A stretch of DNA of 64,000 nt from Octopus sinensis (lineage: Eukaryota). The number at the start of each line of letters is the position of its first letter. The first letter of the stretch is position 1. This document shows, piece by piece, positions 1 to 11,900 of this stretch. Location of the stretch: positions 1 to 64,000 of the forward strand of contig NW_021836295.1 of NCBI RefSeq assembly GCF_006345805.1, read 5' to 3'. Position numbers and translations under genes: made by a program. The notes beneath the pieces are model-generated. The model searched no databases. It was not told where the DNA came from and saw only the letters and a list, made by a program, of their open reading frames with translations.

Positions 1-27
1 TCATCATCGTCATCCTGATCACCACCA

Positions 28-66
<39 letters not shown>

Positions 67-156
67 TCATCATCACAATAATCAACATCAACATCAACAT
101 CATCGTCATCATCATCATCATCGTCGTCGTCGTCATCATCATCATCATCATCATCA

Positions 157-197
<41 letters not shown>

Positions 198-218
198 ATC
201 ATCGTCATCGTCATCATC

Positions 219-266
<48 letters not shown>

Positions 267-288
267 GTCATCGTCATCATCATCATCC

Positions 289-344
<56 letters not shown>

Positions 345-725
345 GCCATCATCATTGCCATCATCATCGCCATCATCATATACTATTATTTCTGTCATGT
401 AATCCGCATCAGTATTCAACTTCACACACAAACAACTTACTTTCACCTAACATCAACGGTACCGCCAGCAGCAGCAGCAGCAACAACAACAACAACAACA
501 ACAAAGACATCACCATCAACAGTCAACAATACCACGAACAACATCAGTGCCACCAGTACCATTACCACCAATAGCGACAAAATTACCACCACTACCACCA
601 TTACTACTACTACTACAACTACTACCCTACAACTACTAATCTACTACTACTACTATTATTACTCTACCATCCACAAGGCGCCACAACTGAAATCAAAAGT
701 GCCACTGGCACTCACATCATCATCA
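1..725. repeat. Compound trinucleotide microsatellite (CAT/CGT/CAC/CAA/CAG/CTA)n
   Basis: Directly visible degenerate triplet arrays. Confidence 0.95.
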
Positions 726-742
726 CCACTACGAACAATACC

Positions 743-980
743 TATTTCTTTACTACCCACAAGGAGCTAAACACAGAGGGGACAAACAAGGACACACACA
801 CGGATGGATTAAGTCGATTACATCGACCCCGGTGCGTAACTGGTACTTATTTAATCGACCCCGAAAGGATGAAAGGCAAAGTCGACCTCGACGGAATTTG
901 AACTCAGAACGTAACGGCAGACGAAATACCGCTAAGCATTTCTCTCGGCCTGCTAACGTTTCTGCCAAGCTCGCCGCCCT
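743..980 (-). mobile_element. tRNA-derived SINE, family A, full length
   Basis: Minus strand head GGCGGCGAGCTTGGCAGAAACGTTAGC (A-box-like) and GAGTTCAAATTCC (B-box-like); body GTCGACTTTGCCTTTCATCCTTTCGGGGTCG; tail GTAGTAAAGAAATA; >20 units in the window. Confidence 0.85.
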
Positions 981-1039
981 AGGCGAGCTTGGCATTGCAC
1001 TACGAGATTGTATTGCACTACGAGCAATACCATCGACGT

Positions 1040-1260
1040 TAGCATCTTTATTATCGGTAAAAACGGAGAAAGTTACACAAATACAAATAACAGATTGCAA
1101 AGATAATCTGGAACTTGACTGAGGAAAGAAAACTCCGAATGACCCGTCCTTGTTTCCTTTGCATCGTCTCTCTGGATGTTTTGCTGTCGCTTTCTTGTAT
1201 CACGTAACTGTCTGGATATTTCGCATTCTTGTCCCAATTTGTATTTTATATATATTACAT
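1040..1260 (+). mobile_element. Penelope-like terminal-repeat fragment with CTGANGA-N11-GAAT motif
   Basis: Shares the GACTGANGA..GA(A/G)TG(A/T)CCCGTC block and downstream GTCGTCTC..TTCTTGTCC-type sequence with 47940-48290 and 54310-54700; PLE assignment is inferred. Confidence 0.4.
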
Positions 1261-1317
1261 ACATATATATAAATGTATATATCTATATATATGTATATAA
1301 ATAATAATATATATATA

Positions 1318-1351
<34 letters not shown>

Positions 1352-1355
1352 AATA

Positions 1356-1398
<43 letters not shown>

Positions 1399-1502
1399 TA
1401 TATATATAATATATATTATAGGTCCCGGGTTGATCCGGGGTTAACCACAGTAAGTAAGGTACTCAATACATAGCAGAGTAAAATTAATTTATTATATAGA
1501 AG

Positions 1503-1555
1503 GAGCTTCTACAGGACTAGTACTGTTTCATTCAAGAGAAATCTTCAGGAAGCTC
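1503..1555 (-). ncRNA. Type I hammerhead ribozyme motif (inverted twin)
   Basis: Same fold on the minus strand; stem II TTC-TCTT-GAA has a normal 4-nt loop. Confidence 0.72.
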
Positions 1556-1558
1556 TGA

Positions 1559-1609
1559 GAGCTTCCTGAAGATTTCTTGAATGAAACAGTACTAGTCCTG
1601 TAGAAGCTC
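1559..1609 (+). ncRNA. Type I hammerhead ribozyme motif
   Basis: Stem I GAGCTTC/GAAGCTC (7 bp); core CTGAAGA; short stem II TTC/GAA; GAAA; stem III ACAG/CTGT with 8-nt loop; cleavage triplet GTA at 1600-1602. Confidence 0.7.
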
Positions 1610-1751
1610 CTTCTATATAATAAAAAAAAATATATATATATATATATTATATAACGGGAAGCTTTATGAAAATAAACAAAAGACGAAGGCAGGTGGAAAA
1701 CAAACGAACAATTGTATTAGTATGGCGCTCAGGAAATATAAATAAAACAAG

Positions 1752-1789
1752 TCTTTAACGTTTCGAGCCTACGCTCTTCAACAGAAAGA
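1752..1789 (-). ncRNA. Minimal (dimer-type) hammerhead-like motif with A6 variant
   Basis: TCTTT-CTGTTGA-A-GAGC-GTAG-GCTC-GAAAC-GTT-AAAGA: 5-bp stem I, 4-bp stem II, palindromic ACGT stem III. Confidence 0.5.
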
Positions 1790-1853
1790 TACACAGAGAG
1801 AGAAAAACACAGAAAGAAGGAGAGAAAAAAAATGCGTGCAGTAGCTAACGAAT

Positions 1854-1884
<31 letters not shown>

Positions 1885-1888
<4 letters not shown>

Positions 1889-2085
1889 CTTTACTACCCA
1901 CAAGGGGCTAAACACAGAGAGGACAAACAAGGACAGACAAACGGATTAAGTCGATTATATCGACCCCAGTGCGTAAATGGTACTTAATTTATCGACCTCG
2001 GCGGAATTTGAACTCAGAGCGTAACGGCAGACGAAATACGGCTACGCATTTCGCCCGGCGTGCTAACGTTGCTGCCAGCTCGACG
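1885..2085 (-). mobile_element. SINE family A, internal deletion, tail abutting (TA)n
   Basis: Similar to 743-980; lacks the CCCGAAAGG..GTCGA segment. Confidence 0.85.
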
Positions 2086-2104
2086 CGGCGTACGTACACT
2101 TTGG

Positions 2105-2136
<32 letters not shown>

Positions 2137-2622
2137 CATTCATACATGTATGCATAAATTAAGCATATACATTCACATAAACATAGATATAACAAATGTA
2201 TCACTATATGTGTGCGCTTCTCTATGGACCTTTTTCCTTCACATGATCATTCACCTGGGCGGGTTACAACGTGTTACTCTAAGGCTGATGGCGGGGGGGG
2301 GGGCAGTTTATAGTTAAAAACTGTGAAATATCAATGTCTATATCATACTTATTACAATATAGAATGGTGGTAGGTTCAAAAGCTCAGGCGTTACATCAGT
2401 AAGCGTTCTCTAATGTTGAAAGAAGTTATCTTAAGTGAGGCTGCATTCAATCTGTCAGTCTGCAGCATCTGTTTTAGTTAAACTATAGCAGATGCCACAG
2501 ACCTGTCCTAGTAAAGAGATATGATAGGCTTAAACGGTAGAGTACACATACATGCACATAGACACACACCCGCTTTCCCATACGCATACAAGTACAAACA
2601 TATACATGTACGCGTGTGTGTA

Positions 2623-2658
<36 letters not shown>

Positions 2659-2988
2659 CCTCTGTGTGTGTGTGTGTATTAATTTGTACTGCACTACATA
2701 GCGTTTTATGGTTAATTTGAAATGTGAGTTATGTTTTTTTTTATAATAAGCATTATTTTAACCTCTATATTAAAAGTGAAGTAAGTAGTTACGTCACAGG
2801 GTTTACTCTTAAGAAGGCAAAAGTACTATAACCTCGAATACCACCGCTACTACTAACTACTTTACTATTAACTAACACGAGCGTCACTACTACTTCACAC
2901 AATCGCCAACACCGCCACGACCACCTACTAAAACTACCACAACGACAGACATCATCGTATTCACCATCACACTCACTGATGGATGGAA

Positions 2989-3368
2989 GCACTCCGTCGG
3001 TTACGACGACGAGGATTCCGGTTGATCCGAATCAACGGAACAGCCTGCTCGTGAAATTAACGTGTAAGTGGCTGAGCACTCCACAGACACGTGTACCCTT
3101 AACGTAGTTCTCGGGAATATTCAGCGTGACACAGAGAGTGACAACGCCGGCCCTTTGAAATACAGGTACAACAGAAACAGGAAGTAGAATGAGAGAAAGT
3201 TGTGGTGAAAGAGTACAGCAGGGATCACCACCATCCCCTTCCGGAGCCCTCGTGGACTTTAGGTGTTTTCGCTCAATAAACACTCACAAACGCCCGGTCT
3301 GGGAATCGAAACCGCGATTCTATGACCGCGAGTCCGCTGCCCTAACCACTGGGCCATTGCGCCTCCAC
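2989..3368 (-). mobile_element. tRNA-derived SINE, family C2
   Basis: Head GTGGAGGCGCAATGGCCCAGTGGTTAGG..GGTTTCGATTCCC; close homolog of 42475-42850. Confidence 0.85.
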
Positions 3369-3829
3369 AAACATCATCCTTTCACGATGAACATCATATC
3401 ATTTTTACTGGTCTCTAGTGTTCTTAGACGTTTGTCAAGGAAGGAAAATCCATCGTCGAGCGAGAGACAGAGTGTTTGTTTGTGATAACATAGCTCAAGT
3501 GATGAGTACATAGTGTGTTACCGTGTTTTAGTTTTTGTGAACCAGGCATGAACTGATCGAATCGCTCAACGTTCTCTTTTTCTATCTACAAAGTATTAAA
3601 GAAAAAACAAGAGAAAGCGTTTTGTTTACTATTCCCTGCAAGACTAAAATTCTATGTTTATAGAAAACAATTGAATGAATTGCATATAATTTCATTATAT
3701 GAGTGTGTGTGTGAGTGCATGTGTGTGCATATATATATCAAGATATATGTATACACACACATATGTATATATACACATGCATAGGTACATATGTATACAC
3801 GTATATATATTCATATACACACACACATA

Positions 3830-3876
<47 letters not shown>

Positions 3877-4097
3877 CATATATATATATACATATATATA
3901 TGCATACACATACATACACACACACGCACACACACACACACACACACAATAATATATATATATATATATATGAATTTAGGGACGAGGTGACTGCGTGTGC
4001 TTGGTAACAACACAAGCATTAAACTAAAGTATCCCTGCTGTGAGCCAAAAGGTATCACATGAAGGTGACACGTTTTAGAAGACAGAGGAGTGTGACG

Positions 4098-4135
<38 letters not shown>

Positions 4136-5348
4136 AAGAGAGTCATGCATGGTGACATGTTTCGTTCGTCATGTGAGGTTAAAACTCACTGAAGCAAGAA
4201 AATATGGGAGTACTGGGTCTAGGGTTGTCAACTACGACGAAATATCTGCTATCAAATCACACAACAAAGTTATATAATATTATGCGCCAATATCAGATCA
4301 CAATAGCTCTGTGGCCTGATACTGTAAGATGTCAGTCGTAAATCTATTTAAAATATCGAGAAACTGGATTGAGACAGCGGGGAGGGAGATGTATACATGA
4401 CTGTCGTTATTTATGGAGGAAAAGAGATCATGCTTCTCCTTTTGTTTCCTTTTGTATTTATTTCTTGTTATTTTAATTGTGTTCTGCTTCTATTTTCTAT
4501 TTTCTATTTTATTTATTATTTGTAGTTTCATATTAACCGTTTTGCTGTTTTCATTTCGTTGACGGCGCAGGGGAAGCTCTCGGGAGAAGTCAAAGTGTAC
4601 AATAAATTTTATCCAAGTTTTGTTGAGGTCGTACCACCACTGCAAGTGAGTTGATATGCCTAAAGCGTGGCTATTGCATGAAGAAAATTAAATAACGTGG
4701 TTTATTGTCGTTACACTCCCGACCAATCGACATTACGACCCGGTTTCGCCTCTCATTTGGACAATGCCTATGACATCACTTATGACATTTAAAACATTTT
4801 GTGAAATATCATGGATGTTGAAACCTCCCAAATAATCGCTTTCCGTAAAATGTACGGCATTTACTTTTAGTATTATTTACTGAATAATGATATTCAGTAA
4901 ATGCATAATAAAGGCAGTGGCCTCTGAAAAAAAAGGTTATAGAAACTCGTGAGAGGAAATATTTTGAATTGCATCATGCCAAGTCAATGATCTCCAAAAT
5001 CCAGGATTGTTTTTATCTAAATACTCGAAGATCTAAGTGTTCGATTGTCTTTTAACCTAATATTTACATGTTGTAATTTCTAGTTTATATATACTTCGAG
5101 TCCCACTGTTATGTTAACGAATATTTCACGTTCTCTCGAGGCTTCTGAATACTTCTGGCAAAAACAACATTGATTTCTTGCTGCAAAGAACAAAGATGGG
5201 TAGAACATTTGTAATGTCTTACAGAAGGTATTGGTTCTTGTCCTACAGGCAGCGTTCGAATTTTCCTATCCAACGTGTGTTTTTAACACATTACTTCACA
5301 CCATTATTTATATCTTTATATAGTTTGAGTTACACCATTATAAAACTG

Positions 5349-5541
<193 letters not shown>

Positions 5542-5902
5542 AGTTTCTTTATTAGCCACACAGGGCCGAACACAGAGGGGACAAAATACAATGTAGAGCT
5601 TTTCTTTTCAAAGATACAAAAAAAAGGAGAAAAATATAATTCCGATCAAGATCGTGAGAAAAAAAAAACGATCAAAAGGGATCGTGTATCACGGAAAAAT
5701 TTTCAATGTGTAAAAAGCAAGATTAGGTTTATCCGTGGAAAGAAAAGCCTACGGGAAAGACCACGGTAACCTCAGGGAGGGAGGGAATAAACTCATGGGA
5801 GCAAAGTGCTCTCTCTCTCTTTTTTCGATTTACAGGATCATGCTCAAAGTGGTTTCGTCACTCACACGCACCATCTTCGCTACATTCACCTACCTTTCAT
5901 TG

Positions 5903-5904
<2 letters not shown>
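5542..5904 (-). mobile_element. Tx1/L1-clade LINE copy 1, 5'-truncated (ORF2 C-terminus plus 3' UTR)
   Basis: Minus frame FNER*VNVAKMVRVSDETTLSMIL matches FKKRWVNVARMARMNDEATLTMIL; AATAAA then (TATC)n; (GATA)n on both sides. Confidence 0.9.
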
Positions 5905-6000
<96 letters not shown>

Positions 6001-6030
6001 GATCGACAGACAGACAGACAGACAGACATA
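5905..6030. repeat. (GATA)n/(GACA)n tract, 5' flank of LINE copy 1
   Basis: Direct observation. Confidence 0.95.
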
Positions 6031-6603
6031 CTGATTGATTGAAAAATAGATCCAGCGACTCAACTATAAATATATATGTCTGTTTGTCTGTACGTATATA
6101 TTTATGTTTGAATGTATGTATCTATCTATTTGTGTTAAATTATTGAAATCGTGATGAAATACTTCGTATACATATAAATTTCCAAATTTGAAGATATTTG
6201 GGGTTTAAAAGACTAAAGAATTTCAGTATTTTTTAAAAAGTCGGAAATGATAGTTTTTTCTTTTGTTTGTTTGTGATTTTTGAGGTGGTAGTTTTCGTTT
6301 ACCTGAGAAAGAGATGGGGTGAGAGAGGGAAGTGTGAGTGAGAGAGATGGGAGAGAGAGAGAGGGAGAGGGAGAAGAAGAGAGAGGAGAAGAGATGAGAG
6401 ACAGATAGAGGGAGGGAGAGAGGGAGAGGAGAGAGAAAGATATGAAAATCGAAGAGGTGCATAATTGAAAAAGACATTCAATATAGAGATTCTATCATCA
6501 GCCAAGGGGCCATAATCCACGTAGTTTCGGTGCGTCGAAACGCTAAAGACTTTAAATTCCATAATACTACTCCGCTTAAACTAGTAATATTTCATATCAT
6601 TCA

Positions 6604-6830
6604 GGGCGGCTAGCTGGCAGAATCGTGAGCGCGCCAGACGAATGCTTAGCAGTATTTCGTCGGCCGTTATGTTCTGAGTCCAAATTCTGCCTAGACCGAC
6701 TTTGACTTTCATCCTTTAAGGGTCGATTACATAAGTACCAGTTACGCACTGAGGTCGATGTAACCGACTTAATCCCTTTGCCTGTATTTGTTTGTCCCCT
6801 CTATGTTTAGGGGCAATAAAGAAATAAATA
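6604..6830 (+). mobile_element. SINE family A, diverged
   Basis: GGCGGCTAGCTGGCAGAATCG head to GCAATAAAGAAATAAATA tail. Confidence 0.8.
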
Positions 6831-6911
6831 TCTCATGTCATTTCTGATGATACACGCTACAAAGAAAACAACTAACAATGATGTGGACAACAAAATAGAC
6901 GTGAGACGTTT

Positions 6912-7290
6912 AGGCGGCGAGCTGGTAGAAACGTTAGCACGCCGGGCGAAATGCGTAGCGTTATTTCGTCTGCCGTTACGTTCTGAGTTCTAATTCCGCC
7001 GAGGTCGACTTTGCCTTTCATCCTTTCGGGGTCGATAAATAAGTACCAGTTACGCACTGGGGTCGATGTAATCGACTTAATCCGTTTGTCTTTCCTTGTT
7101 TGACCTCTCTGTGTTTAGCCCCTTGTGGGTAGTAAAGAAATAGGTATTTCATCTGTCTTTACGTTTTGAGTTCAAATTACGCCGAGGTCGTCTTGGCCTT
7201 TCATACTTTCGGGGTCGATAAATTAAGTAGCAGTTACGTAGTGGGGTCGATCTAAACAACTAGTTCCCTCCTCCAAAAATTCGAGCCTTG
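6912..7290 (+). mobile_element. SINE family A dimer
   Basis: Full unit 6912-7142 joined via AAGAAATAG|GTATTTC to a head-truncated unit. Confidence 0.85.
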
Positions 7291-7783
7291 TACGTTTCTC
7301 TGTGTTAAATTGTCATGTTTTCATTTTTCACTCGTGTTTACGTATTCCACTCGCTTTCCTCTCGTTTATTTACGCATTTCATGTTATTTGCACTGTTGGT
7401 GACGTCCTGTAGCCATATATACATGTATATATATATTATTATTATTATTATTATATATATCATATGTGTGTATATGTGTGTATTTGTATGTGCATGAGAG
7501 TGAGGAATAGTGTGTGTGTATGTGTAGTGTATTTGTGTGTGTATATATGTTTGTGGAAGACCGTATGCGTGCAGGTGAGCATACAGGAGTGTACGTGCTA
7601 GTGTGTGAGCGTTCATGTTTATTTATATATGAGAATGTGTGTATGTCAGTGTGTGTGAGTGTGTGCGTCTGTGTGCATGTGTACATGTTTGTGTTTGTAT
7701 ATGACGGTTATTTTTCGTGTTTGCGTGTGTTAGAGCTAAATCACGTGCCATCTGTACAATGTACTCCAAAATGTCATTGATCA

Positions 7784-7863
<80 letters not shown>

Positions 7864-7929
7864 CACTCACACACACACACACACACATATATATAAGATC
7901 ACAGTAATCCATCAAGAGTAACAGCACCG

Positions 7930-9330
7930 CCACCAACACCTCCCAGACGCTATGTCTAACACCTACTTCACCACCACTGCCACCACCACCACTACAAACC
8001 CCATCACCGCCGCCACTATCACCGCCTCCACCACCACCACCACCACCACCACCATCACCACCACTACTAGTACTACAACTACTACTATTACTATTACTAC
8101 CATTACTTATAACCACCACTATTTCTTCTACACCTATCATCGCCACCACCATTTTATTTGACTACTACTACCGCAACCAACACCTCTGTTACCACCACCG
8201 AGACCGAAGCACCACGCCCAACACACCCACAACGATATAACCTCTACCTACCCGTACAATCAACAAAATTACCATTTTTACCCACCCCCACCACTACGCC
8301 GCCTACAACTAAACACCACTACTGTTACCACCACCACTACCACTGCACAGCACCACCACCACCACAACGTATGTACGTTATTGCTTAAATCCGCTACATA
8401 TCTCTCACATCAAACGGTGCTGCTTTGAAAATGAAAACGTCGTTTTTCAGCACGTAGGAGAAAGACGTGATGGTCACAGTTGGAATGTTTTTGATCAATT
8501 GTGTTGGTTTAAACTACAGCAAGAGCACCTATCATCACTATGCTGCTAACACTTCTTGCACCACTATCACCACCGCTACCACCATAACCATCATTACCAC
8601 CCCTAACACTAACCCTCAACAACCACCTCGAGACCTCCACCCAATCATCATTATAATCACAATCAACATCAACATTATTGTCATCACAACCACCACTATC
8701 ACCACCATCACCACCAACACCACCATCACCACCAACACCACCATCACCCACATCGCCTGCCCCAACGTCACAATCATCACCACCACCAACACCACCATAG
8801 CCATCACCACCACCACTGCCACAACAATGACCAACACCAACACCACCACCACCATCACCACTACAACCATCAGCATCATCACCACCATCACCACCAACAT
8901 CTCCTGCCCCATCACCACAATCACCACCACTACCACAGCCATCACCAACACTATCACCATAACCATCGCTACAAGTACCACCATCGCCACCACCACCACC
9001 ATCACTACCATCACCATCAACACCACCAACACCACCAGCATCTGCCGCACCATCGCCACAATCACCACCACCCTCACCACAAGCATAACCAACACTACCA
9101 CTATCACCATCGCTATCACCACCACCATCGCCACCATCACCAACACCACCACAACCATCACCAACTCTACCACCATCACCATCGCTACCACCACCACCAT
9201 CGCCACCATCACCAACACCACCACAACCCTCACCAACACTACCACTATCACCATCGCTACCACCACCACCATCGCCAACATCACCAACACCACCACAACC
9301 ATCACCAACTCTACCACCATCACCATCGCT

Positions 9331-9361
<31 letters not shown>

Positions 9362-10400
9362 TCACTACAACCAATACCACCACCATAACCACCGCCACCA
9401 CCACCACCACCAACATCATTATCACCGCTATCAATATATCATCATGACAACCCGCGAACCCCATACACAACAACCACTGCCACCAGCACCACCAACCAGC
9501 AACCACAGCTCATACAGCTGTCGACCCCTTAACTCACACTCCCAATCCTTGCAAGTCTTCTAGCCCTTTGCCCCTCGTCAACCAGGTGCCCTTCGGTGCG
9601 TCCCGGGACTGGGTTTGCCGAGCAAGACTCTCCTTGTTACCCTTTTGTGTTGTGCTACATACGTACAGTGAAGCGAGGATCTTGTTTCCGTCGACACATA
9701 ACTGGGATTGCATTTGAAGCGCCAACACCACCGCCGCCACCAGCATCACTATGACCACCACCACCACCACCACCACCAACAACAATAACAACAACAATAA
9801 TAACAACATCGCCACCGCTATCAACACTAGCGCAGCCAATTCCAGCATCACTACGACGACCGCCACCAATATTGCCAACAACACCACCACTACAACCATT
9901 ATTACCATCCCTAACACTACTCCTCAACACCACCACCACCCCACCACCACCACAAGCAGCATCAGCACCACCAACCTCTCCACCACCACCACCACTAGCA
10001 TCCCCTTCGCCACCACTACCAGTAACATCACCTCCACCACCACCACCACCACCACTAGCATTCCCTTCGCCACCACCACCAGTAACATCACCTCCACCAC
10101 CACCACCACCACCACTAGCATCCCCTTCGCCACCACCACCAGTAACATCACCTCCACCACCACCACCACCACTAACATCACCTCCGCCACCACGACCATC
10201 ATCACCACCACAAACAGCATCACCTCCACTACCTCTAGCACTAGCATCGATACCATCAACACCAGCATCACCACCACCACTATCACCACAATCACAGCCA
10301 CCACTACCACCACCACTGCTACCACCACCACCACTACCACCACCACCACCCCTACCATCGCTACCATCACTGCCACCATTACCAATACCACTACCACCTT
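7930..10400. repeat. Degenerate (ACC/ATC/AAC)n region containing 72-bp (about 9085-9345) and 60-bp (9991-10170) minisatellites
   Basis: ATCGCT recurs at 9109/9181/9253/9325; the 60-bp unit repeats three times in register. Confidence 0.9.
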
Positions 10401-10536
10401 CGCCAAGACCCTGCTCTGCCTTGCCTCCACACTTTGGCCAGTGTATTTATTTAATATGTCGTCTTCTATCGTTTCCTACTTGATTCAGTGGTCACCATGC
10501 TGGAATCGTTTGTTCTACTGTGTTGAAAGATGACAT

Positions 10537-11035
10537 ATTTCTTTACTACCCACAAGGGGACAAACAAACACAGACAAATGGATTAAGTCGATTATATCAA
10601 CCCCAGTGCGTAACTGGTAATTATTTAATCGACCCCAGTGCGTAACTGGTAATTATTTAATCGACCCCAGTGCGTAACTGGTAATTATTTAATCGACCCC
10701 AGTGCGTAACTGGTACTTATTTAATCGACCCCGAAAGGATGAAAGGCAAAGTCGACCTCGGCGGAATTTAAACTCAGAACGTAGCGCCAGACGAAATACT
10801 TATTTCTTATTTCTTTATTACCCACAAGGAGCTAAACACAGAGGGACAAACAAGGACAGACATAGGTATTAATTCGATTACATCGACCCCAGTGCGTAAC
10901 TGGTACTTAATTTATCGACCCCGAAAGGATAAAAGGCAAAGTCGACCTCGGCGGAATTTGAACTCACAACGTAACGCAGACGAAATACCGCTAAGCATTT
11001 CGCCCGGCGTGCTAACGTTTCTGCCAGCTCGCCGG
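10537..11035 (-). mobile_element. SINE family A dimer with internal 4 x 32-bp tandem amplification
   Basis: CCCCAGTGCG at 10601/10633/10665/10697; unit junction near 10800. Confidence 0.9.
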
Positions 11036-11169
11036 CTGCTGCTGCTGTTGTTGTTGTTGCTGCTGGTGGTGGTGATGTGGTTGTGTGTTTTTGTTGTGTG
11101 AGGGGTGTGTGTTTGCGAGTTAGTGCGTGTATGTATGTGTGCAATGTGTGTCTATACGTGTGTATGTGT

Positions 11170-11242
<73 letters not shown>

Positions 11243-11319
11243 GTTTAAATACGGTACCGAATTAACTGTGCGATTATCGGCATGTTGAAAATGTCTCAGC
11301 CATTGTAGCTTTTACGATG

Positions 11320-11900
11320 ACGACGATGATGATGGTGGTGGTGGTGGTGGTGGTGGTGGTGATGATGATGGTGTTATTGTTGTTGGTGGTGGTGGCGGTG
11401 GTGGTGGTGGTGGTGGTGGTGGTAGTGATGGTGGTGGCCGTAGTAGTGGGTTTAGTGATAAATATAACGACGATAATGATGATCATCATCATCGTCGTCA
11501 TCATCATCATCAGCAGCAGCAGCGGTAGCAATAGCAGCAACTGTATTATCGTCATCGTGAACATTATTATCATCATCGTCGTCATCAACCATCATGGAGG
11601 AAATCGTGGCAGTGTCGTGGTGGTGTTCGATGTGGTGTGGATATGTTGGATGTGGTGGTGTTGGATGTGGTGTGGTCACGGTGATGACGATGATAATGAT
11701 GATGATGATGATGATGATGATGGGGGCTGATTAAGATGATGATGATGACGCCGTTAGCGACGACGGCGACGAAAGACGAGTGGTGGTGATGTTGTTGGTG
11801 GTGGTGGTTATGATTACGATGACGCCGTTAGCGACGAAAGACGTGTGGTGGTGGTGGTGGTGGTCTTGGCGTTGACGACGACGCCGTGAGCGACGAGGCC
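11320..11900. repeat. (GGT/GAT/GAC)n compound microsatellite
   Basis: Direct observation. Confidence 0.9.

Larger units (their letters stand above)
1488..1624. repeat. Near-perfect palindrome (69/67-nt arms, 1-nt centre at 1557, one 2-nt indel)
   Basis: TTTATTATATAGAAGGAGCTTCTACAGG...GGAAGCTCT-G-AGAGCTTCC...CCTGTAGAAGCTCCTTCTATATAATAAA. Confidence 0.97.

Noticed and set aside
10595-10725. Short regular repeats resembling a CRISPR array
   Set aside because: Units are contiguous with no unique spacers, lie inside a SINE and have no cas genes nearby; the context is eukaryotic.
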